Of a stretch of DNA of 64,000 nt, positions 24,711-39,541 are shown in pieces. The stretch's first letter is position 1; the number at the start of each line of letters is the position of its first letter. Under the pieces are notes generated by a model. It made no database searches. It was not told the DNA's origin and was given only the letters and a program-made list of their open reading frames with translations. The stretch spans positions 35,098,401 through 35,162,400 of the forward strand of contig CM120641.1 in NCBI GenBank assembly GCA_051362555.1, written 5' to 3'. This DNA comes from Lingula anatina. Its lineage: Eukaryota; Animalia; Brachiopoda. The position numbers and the translations under genes are program-made.

Positions 24711-25521
24711 TGTCCTTAATTCCCCTACTTTTTCTATTCATGCTAGTTCATTGTAATGTAGGCAGGGAAAATCAAATCAATGTGTGGATCTCCATCTTAG
24801 ACACTGGGTCAGCAGACAAACTTCAATATATTGAGACTGCAGTCTTCCATTAATATTTCATAATCAAAGTACTGTTATCCTTAATTCTATCTGAACTTTT
24901 GTCCATTCAAAGCAAAAGGGCACATGGTATTTTGTCTTTATTTGCTGCAGACCTTCAAGCTCTTTAACGCACACTAATTAATTAGGCAAATACTGATTGA
25001 TTTTGGCAAAAGGAAATGAAAAATGTTTTAATCACCATTGTACTATTAACTTGATGCAAAAGAAGTTGACTTAGCTATAACATGCACAAAAAAGTCTCAC
25101 CATAGATTCATAAGCAACTTGACAACAAATGCCAAAACGTGCACATAACGAATAGTTTATACATGTCTGCAACACAGCACTCTATCATGGATATTTATCA
25201 CTTAGCAGTTTTGTGTTCATGATTTACTGTATATTCTTAAATGCCAGTTATGCAGAGCAACACATTTAACGCCTATATATAAGAAGATGCATCCTCAACA
25301 AGAACCTGCTCTTTTAGATATTGGGTTTTACAGTCACACGATAGCCCTTTGATTATGCATGACATATCGCCTACACACCATGCTCAGACCATTTCCCTTA
25401 ATACACATGTTTCCTTGATCAGATTCCCTACAGGTACAGTTAAAAGTACAGTCTCTGAAGTCTGCAGCATTCAGCACTGCTCAGCCAAACTCCTGGAAGT
25501 TCACAGTTTAACTAACTTCAA

Positions 25522-25817
25522 GACCATTCAGAATGAGAAGAGCCAAGTGCTACCTAGCCAGGACTTAAATATGGCGAACCTACAAACCTACGACCACTTA
25601 ATCCTGTAATGGTCTCTCCCCCTCTCACACGCCTCCCCACGCGTCGTTCCGCGCCTGGGTGAGATTTAATTACTGTGCCCCTGCAGGGACGACACTTGGG
25701 GAGGCGTATGACAGGTGGAGAGACCATTACAGGATTAAGCGGTCTTCCCTTCATGTAGGTCCATCATATGTAGGTTGTGACCTAGCTTGCATTCGGCTCT
25801 TCTCATTCTGAATGGTC
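25522..25817. mobile_element. Foldback MITE, Harbinger-like
   Basis: Perfect 23-bp TIR GACCATTCAGAATGAGAAGAGCC, plus inner inverted arms CTTAATCCTGTAATGGTCTCTCC / GGAGAGACCATTACAGGATTAAG. Confidence 0.88.
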
Positions 25818-28800
25818 CCTATAGGTCAATGTCTGGATCACCCTGGGGATCCCATGGTATACCTTATCCTCTACGTGCACTTTTTCTCTGACAACCCATG
25901 GAGAAATGTCCCATGATTTTTCCAGAGACATAACGATGAAAACCTAGTGAAAAAGCGATCTGTGTCCCTGGTAGAAGGTAGCATACCTCTCCACAGTTAA
26001 CTTACCCACCTCCTCTTTGAGCTGGACGTTAAACTTGAGGAAATGGCAAACATTTCCAGAAGTTGGCATTTAAAGTAATCTTAGTTAAAATACAACATAA
26101 AAATTGACATTAACCAAAAATCGACTCAACTGCTCAATCAAATGTCACCAAATTGCACACATTTCCTTCTTATTTACTCTGGTTATACAGTGACATCAGT
26201 CAAGTGTGCTTCTGGTATTAGATTATAACTGATTCAACAACTGTCAACTTTAGTGATCAGTCTGCAATCACCACAACTACAGGTTACCGCACACAACAGT
26301 GCAGAGGTGGACTTAAGCTGAATTGACAACTAGCCCATTTACGTCCCATTTAAACATTTCAAGTAACAAAATAATTTGCATTTACGTAAATGTAAATATA
26401 TTCAGTAGGTCTATAAAACTCAAAACCTCAGCACCATGGACAGTAAAACTTTCCTCAAACTTGCTCGAGGATGTAGACAGTTTAACTGGCAACTAAAGCG
26501 TTTGAGTCAATGTAAATGTCCACTTAATCACTGCTCCGATCACTTACCTTGTGGACATAACAGGTGAGGGCAACTATCCATCTACCTCCTGTAGCAAAGA
26601 CTAGAACATATTTTTTATCTTCTTAAAATGGACCCTGAATGCAGCATTAGATGCAAATTAAGACATGTCAACGAGAAAAATCGCAAGAATGCAGAGAACT
26701 TTGGCTGCCTTTGATGTCTGGGTGGTAACTTTACCTGCAAGGTTTTTTTCCATGCCCTTGCACACCATCGAAATGGGACTGACGTAACTGCAAATGCGAA
26801 AACATGTGACCAGAACCTGCCACTATCCTGATGGGTTTCAGTTAGAGAAAATTGACACTGTACAGTTAAGACCAGCCTCCTAAATTGTGACCCACAGACA
26901 AACTTGACACTTACTCAGGTATATGCTGAAAACAAAAGAAAAGGGCACAGCTCTTGTAAAGTGTTTTTGTTTACTCCCTCTGCAGCCTGCAAATTGTATG
27001 GCTGAAGAAGAATGAACATAAAATGGTCTACCTATTGTTTGTTTATGGAGTTAAAGCATGGTCTTTTAAAATGAGTTTAGTCCAAGAATGCACACACACA
27101 AATTCAAGAATGCACACACAAATTTTTCACTACAAGACAATTGGGTGAACACGTGATAGACTACTGTGGAATAATTTATGAAATCTAATAGACCATGAAT
27201 TTCGACCCTGGTTTCTTTTAATAGACCGGTTACCCAACAATGCTGCACACTTGCAGTAACCACTTGCCTCTTTTTTTTTCTTTTCTTTTTTTTTTTTTTT
27301 TACAGCTGAGCTTTTAGCTTTTAACCCCATTCCTGTCAGTTAATTTGTGCTATAAGAGAGGGCTATGCAAAGTGTTGAACTCCGCATTCCAGCAGTACTA
27401 CTACCAAAAAGCAATATCTAGAACTATCGTACTATTACAGTCCAAGTCTATTCCCCTGACTTAATTAGATGTTAGGTAGGGCATTTTGACTGAACATCAC
27501 TCAAAGTACATTTTACCATTTGAAAGCAAATGGCTAGTTTCTACATCTCTTTTATCATTTTCACAAATGGACAAATTTATATCTATGTGTTTCAAATATG
27601 ACTGTACTAAGTTACTGCGGGGCAGTTTCTTTCCACAAATGCAATGACTTTTTTTGTCATGTCCACCCTGATAACATTAACTTTGTCTTTCCCAATATAT
27701 ACTCAGAGTCTGTCCATTTTTACATTTCGAGTACTTTCACCCAATATTTATTGAATATTTTATACTAGTTAATAATCCCAAATATGACGTACAAGTTCAA
27801 AAATTAAACAAACATTTAGCCCTCAAATGATTTCGAATTTGTTGTGCATTCCCAAAAACCACTCAAATAAAGCTTGGTCTTTAAATGTTCTAAATATTTT
27901 TCTGCCTTATTAACCTTTTTCACTTGCACACCCCACACCTTTGAGTTTAATACTCTCTGCTATAAATATCCACGTAAACTAGATATATTGCAAACATATA
28001 TACACCTGTGCCAACTCCACAGTACCTTTTAAGCTTCACATCGGCACTAGCTCAAATGTGCCACTGAACTCCCAGCACTGTACTTTATTATGAAGCCTAT
28101 GTGATAATTTTACCTATTTATCTAACCTAAGATGACCAGATCGAGGAGTAACATAAGTCTATAGCAGTAGAAAGTACTGCTACATTGATTTTTTGGCTAT
28201 TGCTATGAGAGTATTGTTGATGGAAGAAAAAAAATAGATGCAAGAAGGATCCTTTGGCCTTCTTATTGGAAATAGAACTGATAAACATGAAGATATCTGA
28301 TAAAAAAATCTTTAAAATCCCCAGACTAATTACACAGCTAGACAGCAACACCACAAAACATAATAAGACAAGAAAAATATGTTTAACACCCAAAGCAACC
28401 AATTTACCAAGAACATCATTTAATCCACTTTTTGCATTGAAAAGCAAATCAATTTTCAGAACATCAAGTCACAAAGACCTCTTCAATGAAAAATCAATCA
28501 TTATTACAATATTCAATTTCATCCACATTTTTACATAATACTTTCCTTAACACATTAACATTTTCATGACACCATTTATATATTTAAAGAATTAATGACA
28601 GACAGATAACATATACATATATACAGGTCTCGCACAGCATACATTTGTTTTGACATTTACAACAAGTCAATCAGAGGTCATAGTAGTACAGTGTAATGTA
28701 ATAATAAAAACACAATGTCAATGACCATGATAAGCTTCGTGCAAGAGAACAAGTACAATTATCTTGGTTCTTCTGAAAAGAAGCCAGAACCTGCCGTTCT

Positions 28801-31800
28801 TAAACTTCAGAGCCAAAGAGCGTTTACTAGTTGCCAGCAGTTTGTAATTAGTCAGGAATGTTCTTGGTGTTTTGTTTATGTACATTTCTATATTCTGATA
28901 ACCTTATCATAAGAACGCACCTGGCAGTAAAGGTCGACAGGTTTTCTCACCCCAAAATATCATGACATGGTCAAGAAAATCACATTGTAAAATACAAAAC
29001 CATCTTGATACAAGTGTACACTTTAATTATAAGCTAGTACCCAGCTTTTAAGACATCAAAACCCATGTTAAATTCATTAAGTTCTCTGGGATGTACCAGT
29101 TTTAATTTTGAAATTGTCTAAACAAAGGTCAAACTACTATATAAATTTGAATGTGAAAATAGTTTCATTGGATCTCAGTTTTGATAGTCGAAAAGTTTTC
29201 ATTTAAGTCAGATCCACAAATTTGATTTACCTGTTGACTATTTTGTCTGTTTACTCTGACAGACTCGGTCACAACTGATTAAAATATTAGTATTTAAATT
29301 GGCGTAAACCTAAACCTTTAAATAAGAAAGCAATTGAATTTCTAACTAGGATTACAAATCAGCTTTGTGCAGAGTGGCACTTTAAATATTCATGTCAACC
29401 TTCATTGTAAGTGAAATGGCAATTACGAGATTTACACCTGCTTAAAGTGATAACTAAAATAAAATCTGATCGATTATTTTTCAAAAAATTATTTTCTCCA
29501 ATTTACACCTGCTGTTACACTTTAAGTGCTGACATCTACATACATACAACAAGCTTAATCTAAAAATTGAAATAATGCCCACCATACCTGCTGACTCTGG
29601 GTCACAGATAAAACCCATCCCATATTCAACAGCTTTCACCATCACTAATTCATCATAACTACCCCGTTGAAGATTAATAGACCAGTTTAATTAAATCTGT
29701 GCCTCACCCTGCTTATATAATTAAGACCATGAGGAACTCCATCATGGTTGAGATACCTGGCAATTTGCGCCAGCAGGCCAGTGTGGCCATGAGTTTCAGA
29801 GAATGTAGGAATCACACCTCTATTTGTATGAACTGAAACATTGAGTGTGCACATTGCTAAGAAGGGCCACCAACAAAATTCTAATACTGACGGTCATGTG
29901 TCTGTTTCCTCAAATTGCTGTCCTTCCCCCTCCCCCCCCCCCCCCCCCCTCCAACTCTAGGGCTGCATTTTCCTTGGGCAGTGAAATCACGTGAAATCAC
30001 TGAACATTTCTGAACTAGTTGACAGTAATTGTGAATACTTAATTTAGAGATTGTTGGTTGGTTCCCAAGAAAATTACAGCAACTGAGCAAAATATCTTCC
30101 AAGTAAATGACCAAAAATTATTTGACTAAATAATCCTGAATGGTATAAACTTGTTAAGAAAATATTTACCAAATATATGACCTAAAATGGCAAATATTCA
30201 AAACAACAATCCAATATCACTCAGAAAGAGATCAATAGCATGAGGGTAAGTGTAAAGGTAAGGTAAATATTATACAAATCAATTTCTTCTAGACATTGGC
30301 AACCATGGCTTCAGCAATGGTATATGAAGTGGGCCAGTTGTGAAAGCAAGGAGAAAATAGTATGTGATACTCTACTTTAGTCAGTTTCAATGCTGTATTT
30401 CTACCTATTTCAATCTCTTGCAAAATGTTTTAGGTACATGTACTAGTAATTCACTTTGGTGTGAAAACATTTTGAATTGTGTTCCTATATTTTAACTTTG
30501 GTTTCATAAAAAGGGGGGGGGGGGGGAGAGGGGGAGACAGGGGATATGCCAGTGCCCCATGCAGAGATAGATAAAATTGTGTAAATTGTGTATTTAAATG
30601 CATCCCAATCCTTCCTTTGGATTTAAAGCCCTTTTAAGTTTTCCTAAGCCGTGCTTACGTTAAGAGATAAAAAGGTTGTATAACTGCTGCTATCTACAAG
30701 TTTAGTCAATAAAGATGTCTCCCTATCTAGCGAGATCTGATATGAATGAAATGCCAATACAGCTGGGTAGTAGGTATCCCTTTTACTGGGGGGAGGTGAC
30801 ATGCACTTTCTCTTTTTTCACACGAGTTCAAGCCGAAAATGAGTAGCATTTTACAATGGTTATATCCTTAATTGCACATTTATCATATTAATAAGTGGTT
30901 CACTTAATCAAGTTAACAAGAAAAAAACATTATGAAGGCATAAAAAAAAATGCGGTAACTGATACTCATGTTCACACATACCCATACATTCGCAAATATT
31001 ATATGTCTATTAATAACATACTAATTGTTTTTTTCTCTTTTTGTCCATTTCCACTCTATCCGGGCAATGCTTAACATGCAGTACAAATTGCAATTCTATC
31101 CTGATGATAATATGTTTATGTAGCCAGTGTAAAACATCAAGACCTATCATGATAAGTGAATCTACATTCAGTGTCACATCATAAAACTATAAACCACAAG
31201 ATCATCAGCAAATGGCTCCATTAGGTCATTTCAAAATTACATTGGAGGGGAACCTCCAGGGTAATAGTGATTGCTACTGAATGGAAATTCTAATATTTAA
31301 AAAAAATCATCAATATATTATTTTTCCCCCCAGAGATCGCAAGAAATAAATTGTCTGTTAAAAAAGACCCCAGTACCTAAATTCAAATCTAGAATACCTA
31401 CCATCACTCATAAAGTTCATGCCATCAGTGATCCAATCCAATTAATAAAAGATGGGAAAAGACTTAAGCAAGTTTATGTATGTTACACATGTCTGCCAAG
31501 TTGCACATCATTACGAGAAATCACAGACCATGTGACATTAAACTGATTAACTAATTGTTTCACCATTTTTTCAGGTGTTGAAGTCATCACATGAGTACAG
31601 AACATGAGAAAACAGTTTAAAAATCAATGTCATTAATGATTCATGGATCACCCAAAAGACAAATCACAGTTATAAAAAAAAACAAAAAACAATCAATACC
31701 TGAACCCTGTGTAGGATGGAATCAAATTCAGGAAGCTGTTAGTGAGGGAATTAATACACCTGATGACCCACGATAAAAAGACAACAGTAAAACATTATAT

Positions 31801-34800
31801 GCCTCCTGTTACACCTAAGGATACTTGAACCTTTGTTTCTTCAAAGAACTTGACTGTCATTGCCTCAAGCTGGTTGTCTTTATTCTCAAAGCTGAATTAC
31901 TAATGGCAGAAAACACCTTGTGTTTTATAATATACACACAAAAACATTCATTCATTTTCACAACAGTTTTTTTGGTTCTCATTTTCCCTGGAACTGATTT
32001 TTCCAAATGGCTGCTTCTACACAAGCACAAGCACAAATCAATGGAAGGCTGCCTGTGCATGGCTTGTAGACAAATCATACTTGGCTTTCAGGCTGGTAAA
32101 GGTATAGTCAGGTCAGACATAAGTGATTCCTTCCATGAAAGTTATCTATCAGAAACAGGGGTTTATTCATAGACACGCTTTGCTCTTTGTCTTCTGATCA
32201 CATTGTCAAAGGGGAACCAATTAATGTGTTGGCTTGAATTCAATTAATCAAATAGGAGAAATACAGTAACTTCACACCAATTTCCAGCTGAAAGCTTGTA
32301 AACATCAAATCATCATGTAATAGTCTTATTTATAGCATGAAATTTATTTACATGCACCTGGCTATGATAAATATAAAATAAAACAAGCTCTGACTGTTCA
32401 AAACATCACTTTGGAATTCCTAAAGGGGGAAGCAATTTACTCCCACTCGAGAATCATTCCTCGACCCATCTCTGCACTTGGATCTGATGTTTGATTCCAT
32501 TTTAATTTAACGATTTAGCTCGAAATGACTGGCCAGTCATTTAGAATGCCATGTTTTCCTGTATATTTCAGGAGTAACTTTCAATGCCAGGTACTTTTAT
32601 TTGAGGGGTTTTATAGCTTTTAATGTTTGGATTGGGAAAGATTGGTAGCTTTGCTAGATAGGGAAATTTCAAACGTGTGTATTATACATTTAATATTAAC
32701 AATTGAAACAACAAGAATGATTTTAAACAACCTTTCGACATACACTTAAAAACTCATCAGTGTAAATTTGTTTATAAGATAATCTCAAGGTAAGGAGCGT
32801 GCACAGTCTGTTTGTGCCAAATGTCAGTAAACACTTCCTTGAAAGTAAACCACGCCATATTACCTGATATATCAAAACCTTTCGCTTGGTCCTTCATACA
32901 TATACCCATGCAGACATAAGTAATGCATGCAAACATGCATGCACACACACACACACATGCACATGCAAATGGCAAATAATGACAATATGCCATATATTCA
33001 ATGAATATATTCAACTGCACAGTTTCTATACATAAATAAGAAGTTGCCTTATTAATACTATTATTAATAAACTAATGTCATTTAAATAGCTTACACAATA
33101 ATTCATTCCACCTTGTCTATCCAACCCCCCCCCCAACTTGAGATGCAGACTTTCTGACTAGTGCATTCCTTTTCTTGAGTGATCATATTTTCCTTAATCA
33201 TGTTAATGCAGTTGTCACAGTCAACTACACACTAACTTATTAAGTAGAGAGTCATTTCATCTTCACCTCATTTTTCTCAAGTCTGACACATTTTACTCAA
33301 GCATTTAAGCTAATCCACATCCTATCTCTCAAAAGATTAATACCTAAAATCACTTTTTTATGTTGGGATGACTTTTTAATATCCAGTAGTGATCAAGTTT
33401 GTACCAATTCTTATTTTGTTTTCAAAAAATTGTATAAATAAAACACTACTGATAAAAATGACCACCATTTTCAAGCAAAGTGATACCATTTCCAATAAAA
33501 AATTTACTGACCAAGAAGCTTTGCCAGAGTTCAAACGAGATCATCTATTTAAAATTCACACCACTGACCTCCATCAATATCTGTTCAGATCTTTTCTGTC
33601 AAGCAACAGTCAGAAAACGGGTTCAGTCAGACAATGGGGCAAAAGGTAAGGTGGACTCCAAGTTGACTTGTTACGGTTGAGTAAGATCCTTTGGTAATCT
33701 TAAGTCATCTGTGGAAGGCCAAACGTGACAGAATTATAAATAAGGGATGAACAGCTGTCTGGCCTTGGTTGTGGTTAATAATGGTGGTCAATCAAGGTAG
33801 TTGGCAGTCACGCCAATTCTCTTTCCTTTTTTCCGATCAGAGATCATCAGTTATTTATAATATAGTCCGGTTTTAATAGTCACTAATCAAAATTACTGAT
33901 CAAACCCAGGCAGCACGTATGACAATGTAACTGAGGTATTCTTAAATCCTATGTGATATAGCAAACTTTAACACCGAACTCTAAAGATGTAATGTTTGCA
34001 TTTTAATCTTTCATTATTTTTTCCTAAGTATAATTATTTTTTCCGAATTCCATCGAATTCTGTTACAATTGACTGCAGATTTTCTCAAAAACATCAAAAA
34101 AAGTTAAAAAATACTGACAGCTTATGTGTTTTATTCATTTTTATTAGTTTTTAATGAGCTGTAATCTAACAAGGAAATATTTTTGTTGGGCATGCAGTAA
34201 TACTAGCCTTCAACATTGGTGTTATACCTGATCTCAAAATACCATCTCTCCTCGGTCACAATTTCCTCATATGATACTGATACTCCTCTTCCACTTAGCC
34301 GTTAATGCTCACAAGTCTTAACACCATTGGTTAAACACAATACAAACTCACAATTGTTGCGCTGGTAAATTAAAATGGCTAGGGTGGAAAAGGGGGCAGC
34401 ATCAGCAAGATGCAGCATTAATCAGATGAAAAAAAATGTATTGGGGTGTGTGTGTGTGTGTACAGAGAAACGTGACAAGATCAAGTGACATTGGTGTTAA
34501 AAATATTTCTCTTCTGACCTCTAATATCAGTAATCTGAAAATATGTGAGCATTAAAAAAAATCATCGAAAAAAAAAAGAAGAAGAAAAAGAGAAAAGCGG
34601 TCTTTAAATTTCTGATCACTACTTTGTTATAAATAGATAAAATAACATGGCAGTCAATCTTATTAGGATGAAACTTAATTTCAATTTTAAGGTACTTAAA
34701 ACATACAAGTACAAACTCATAATGGAGGTTTATTTCATGTGCCAAGTTGTTAAGGTCAACTTCATAGTATTAAATTTTTCAACCATAATACACAGCCAAC

Positions 34801-36031
34801 ATAAGAGCACTATTTCTGATTCAATTTTTACAGACTTAAAATCCAGTTTACAGCATATACATTTAACTAACACTCCAAAGTAAAGGTAAAAAAGCAACAA
34901 ATACATACATGCAAATATTCTATATAATAAATTCTTAAAAATGACCATTTATTCTAAGATTATTCTATTTCTAATGTAAGATTAACTTGAAAGTGTAAAG
35001 AGAATCATCTTTTGAAAACTCCATTAAATCAAGTGCTGGGTAATTTTCTCAAACAAGAGTTAGGCAGATAATTTCAACTTGATTTCTCCTATGTTTGCAC
35101 TGACCTGTCCTTCACTGCATTTGTATGTACAGACTAATCAATTGATTTTCTTTTTGGACCATCATCAGAATAAAAGATTCAGTGAAGAAAGTGATAGATT
35201 CTGTAAATGTCAACGTGCATGACTGCACTAGGTAGGCTCACTAACAAAGAACATAAAGGTTAGTCTATGAAGATGAGTTATTTCTTTTTATGTGTCACTT
35301 ATCAGCAAAATTATCATTTACTTGACATTGCATAGATTGCAGTTTACAGCCAGATTAGGCCAGATTTCCCTGACATAAAATGGACGGAGGTACACTGCTC
35401 ACCATTGTAAAATTTACATATTTCAGAATTACCCCACAATGTAGCATGCAAGAGGTCCATTTAGTTGAAAACTAATGTCTGTTACTATTAATATTATCTT
35501 GCTTTGACCTGAGCAAATGATGGAGCCTATTTGTACATCACTGTTCTAAAGACTTAATCTGCTACTCATATGAGGAAGAACATGCATAGATGATCACTGG
35601 AGTAGAAAAGATTCTCGATGCTAACTTTGTATCAGTCATGGCCAAAGGGGCACTTCAGGAGATTTTCGTTGTCTTCCACAAGGAGTATGCAAAGAACGAA
35701 ATCATGTTAACTAAGTTAACAAGATAGGAAAAATACCTAATTGTTGCTTTAAAAAGACAATGCATGAATATAGATGTGCACTGAACTATTGACATGTTGA
35801 TGTAGCCTTTTCACTTTTAATTTTTTTGTCTCGTATTCTAAAAGCAACATATATGAAGATAACACTTAAAATTCTATTAAATTTTTCTTTGAAGTGAGAA
35901 TTTCTTGAATTTTGCATGATCTAACAATTAACTCTTCTTATCTTTAACAGTTATGTATCTTTATCCAAGTTGATCACATCCCCTTTCCTTAGGTTCGTTG
36001 TAGTCCTAAAAATCAGTTTCTAAAACTTCTA

Positions 36032-36062
<31 letters not shown>

Positions 36063-36479
36063 TCCTTTTTGTTCAAACAAAACAGCAAATATGCAAGGAG
36101 AATACAGTACAAGCACAAGTGTTATAGTACAATCACTTGGACTATATGTATGTTATTTCTGGCTTATATTCTGACTCAATTTTTTGCTCCTGTACTATTG
36201 GCACCATGCTAGGTTTTATGATTAATCTCTGTGATCCACGAGAACAATGTCTTCAACTCTGCTATACAAAAACTGCCTTTCCTTTGTGAACTTTAGCTAT
36301 ATCCTTCAGAAAAAAAGCTTTTCATTCTCTCATCCCCAAAACACTCTTCCCACGAACTGCATTTTCTGACTAACCCTTAAACGCGTGGCTCATTTAATTT
36401 AAACAAGGAACATGCCTTACCATATCTTCACTTCAGCTTCTAAAATATTTTATACATCCCCTCTCAACTTTGCCGATAA

Positions 36480-37096
36480 GGCACGAGGGGGCAAACAATG
36501 ACATTAAAAATAAGTAGATAGTGAATTATCTCACGAAATCCCTTTCAATGGAAACACTCAGTGAGATAGTGAAAGTACTCGCACGTTCTTTCTCGTCGAG
36601 TTCACCAGCTCAGCTGGCAACGAACCGGTGCATTATTTACAGAGTGATACGTACGGTACTTACGATGGTTGTACTTCACAGAGGTAGTTCTTGAGCCTCT
36701 GCCTATCTATCTGTTACAACCGTTGACAGTTGTTGAATATATATGATAGGAGAGGTTTAATGTGCCTTAAAATGACACGGGGCTCGGTTAGGTCGTTGTC
36801 GCGGAGTCTAGCATGCCAGCCGCAAAATTCCTTCAGATATGCTTGACATCAAAGATTTAGTTTCGAGTAATAGTAGTAAATTTTTATTTTGATGACATAC
36901 AAAATAATAGATTTTTAAAAATTACTTAGATTACAATTTAAGAACAGTGTTCAAGTTATGACAAAAAGGTAAATATTTTCTTTATTTTTTACTTCGAAAC
37001 TTAAGTATTTTAAAATATCAACTTTATCTGACAGCCATATTGTAGAAATTGCACCACATTTTCCGACTTTTTGCTACTGTCCCCCTTCAACCAGCC
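36480..37096. promoter_or_regulatory. CpG-enriched promoter region upstream of ZC3H15, possibly shared with SLC4
   Basis: CpG enrichment relative to flanks, YY1-like GCCATATT 37034-37041, pyrimidine tract before the ZC3H15 ATG, and a minus-strand gtaagt donor at 36663 pointing toward SLC4. Confidence 0.5.
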
Positions 37097-39504
37097 ATGC
37101 CACCGAAGGCGAAAAAAGCAGATGGCCCTGGAAAAAAGGCTGAACAAAAGAAGAAGGACAAGATCGTTGAGGTAATCATTATTTTCTCATCGGTTAGGGT
37201 TCTTTAAGGCGGAAAGTTGGCGCCGTGACCCAGTCCATCAACATTCAACTTGCCACGGGCCGATGGCCAAGTTAGAATGAATCTGTTGCAAAACATATGC
37301 AGGCTTTTAGGAAATATATTTCCAGTTCTTACATTTAATTCCAGTTAAGGGTGGCTGCACTCTGACAGTTTTTTTTAGTAACTGTAAATCTATGCTAGGG
37401 TCTCTGTCTTTGGCATATTTTGTTTGTCGTTCTCTTTTCTTTCTCTTGAATCAAGTCACTTATAACCTAAGTAAAGTAAAATCTCATTAACAGTAAAGAA
37501 AGAAAACATTAGTCCCTATCCTCTGCCACAACCCAGAAGAAACCAGGTGAAAGTTTACTTGCCATTCAATTTTTCAGCGTAAAAAAAAAACACTTTGATA
37601 GTCTGTGTTTGGCAGTGATTATTATGTATTTTTAACATCTACATGGCCCATAATGAGGTCGTGTTTATGTCCAATAATAAATTAACTATCCGAGATTTTC
37701 ACTGTCTTGATGTGAAGCAGACCAAAAATCATGTGATACATCATCTGAAACTACAGTTTACCCATTTCCCAAGCTCCTTCAGCAACAAGCATTGGTTCAA
37801 GGTAAAATTTGCTCTTTTGTTTAGGCAAACCTTCTAGCATAAAAATTTAATCAAATTTTATTTATTACACTATTTATGATCTTTTTCTATACATCAAAAC
37901 TTTAAGTGTAGCCAAGGCTGCCTTTTTGTTCCACCTCATTCTTTGGAGTATTGTAACAAAGTTTATTAAATAGCATTGACATATATATTTATTTATTTCT
38001 GATTAAAGTCTATAAGAACCACATGCAGCCACTTTGATTCAATTGAATTTATTTTGCAGACAAAGTGTTCAAAAAAGAAAGAAACCAAAAGATTCCGCAA
38101 GAACCACCATTGTGAAAAAATTAACTGCAGGGAAAGGAAGCAAATAATCCAGCTCCTAGAACCAAGGTTTAAATTGTTTATTAGTACAGACAAACCTTGC
38201 ACTAATTTAACTATTAAAATTTTCCCATGAATCAGAAAATATATACTTATGCTGTCGTTGTTTACATGTAACCAAACAATTTCTTTTCTTTTACATCAAC
38301 AAGTATGTATAATCAGTGAATAATGGAATGTCATCGGAAAGAATGACCTAAGTGAAAAGCCCCATCTGATTTTAACTGCTACAAGATTAACATCCAGCAC
38401 TGTCCACTGTCACAATAGAAGGTACAAGAAAACTTGTACTCATTAGTTGGGCAGAGTGTAGTGTTTGTCGGCATTTTGTCCATCTACCTCACTGCACCTA
38501 AGAACGATGCAGGGAGAAGCATTCTTTTCATGTGCCCCTTCTGTTTTGAGTACCAGAGTTAACCCTGAAATAAATCTTTTGGAGAGTTTCTTCATATAAT
38601 AAGAAATGTTATAATATATTTTATTTTTTAGTCTTTGATGATATTTCAATAGAAATGCTATATTTTGCAGAATTGTAAATTGTAATCATAAAATATCAAA
38701 GGTGATAAAATAAAGTTCATAATTCAAAAAAGCGCCGATTTCATCAGCACCTTCAATGAACTGTCATTTTATGCTGTCACAGAAACCATCAAATAAAGTG
38801 GGAGCATATCATGCATTATGTAAATGGCACTGAAAATTGTTAACGCTATATGACATTCACACAAGAGTTTAGAGACTGAGAATTGACCTGTGGTTCATTT
38901 CACAAGAAAATGACCCTGAGTGAGTCCCATCACTGAGGTTCACATTTTTTGTAATATTGTCATAATTCTGACTTGCCCCATTTTACTTGCTGTTTCATAT
39001 TATATCAACATATCACATCATGAAAAAGTGCAAATATTAAAAAAAAAAATCCATGACCTAAGTCACTTTGATGTGGAATGACCCCTATGCAAGTGCTGTT
39101 TTGCAACAGATGCTGTTGGTTCTGATAAATAATTAACTGTCATGGTATCTCAGTTTCTCTGATTTTCAGAAATGCATTACAATTTCTAATTTTAATAATT
39201 GATGGCAATGAAACTATAACAGTTCTGTTCTGTTGTTTAAGTTGACGTTCATTTAGATGAAATATTTTATGCATACTACATGCCTGACTATTCGTTTAAC
39301 TTTGAATATTTCTTACAGGATAAAACCTTTGGTCTGAAGAACAAGAAGGGCAGTAAGCAACAGAAGTTTATCAAACATGTAACACAACAGGTGCAGTATG
39401 GAAACCAGAGTTCCAGGAAGGTAAGATATGTATTCTTTTTTCCAAGGCTAGTATGCTTTAACAAATAAGAACTGAGATAAGAGGTTTGAAATTGAGTTAT
39501 CATG

Positions 39505-39541
<37 letters not shown>

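Noticed and set aside
14995-36000. Many 60-115 aa ORFs in the ORF track across the SLC4 5' introns
   Set aside because: Low-complexity AT-rich translations without domain motifs or consistent splice structure.
38311-38371. Possible intronic C/D snoRNA (terminal AATCAG/CTGATT stem with CTGA)
   Set aside because: No canonical RTGATGA C box and no recognisable guide sequence.
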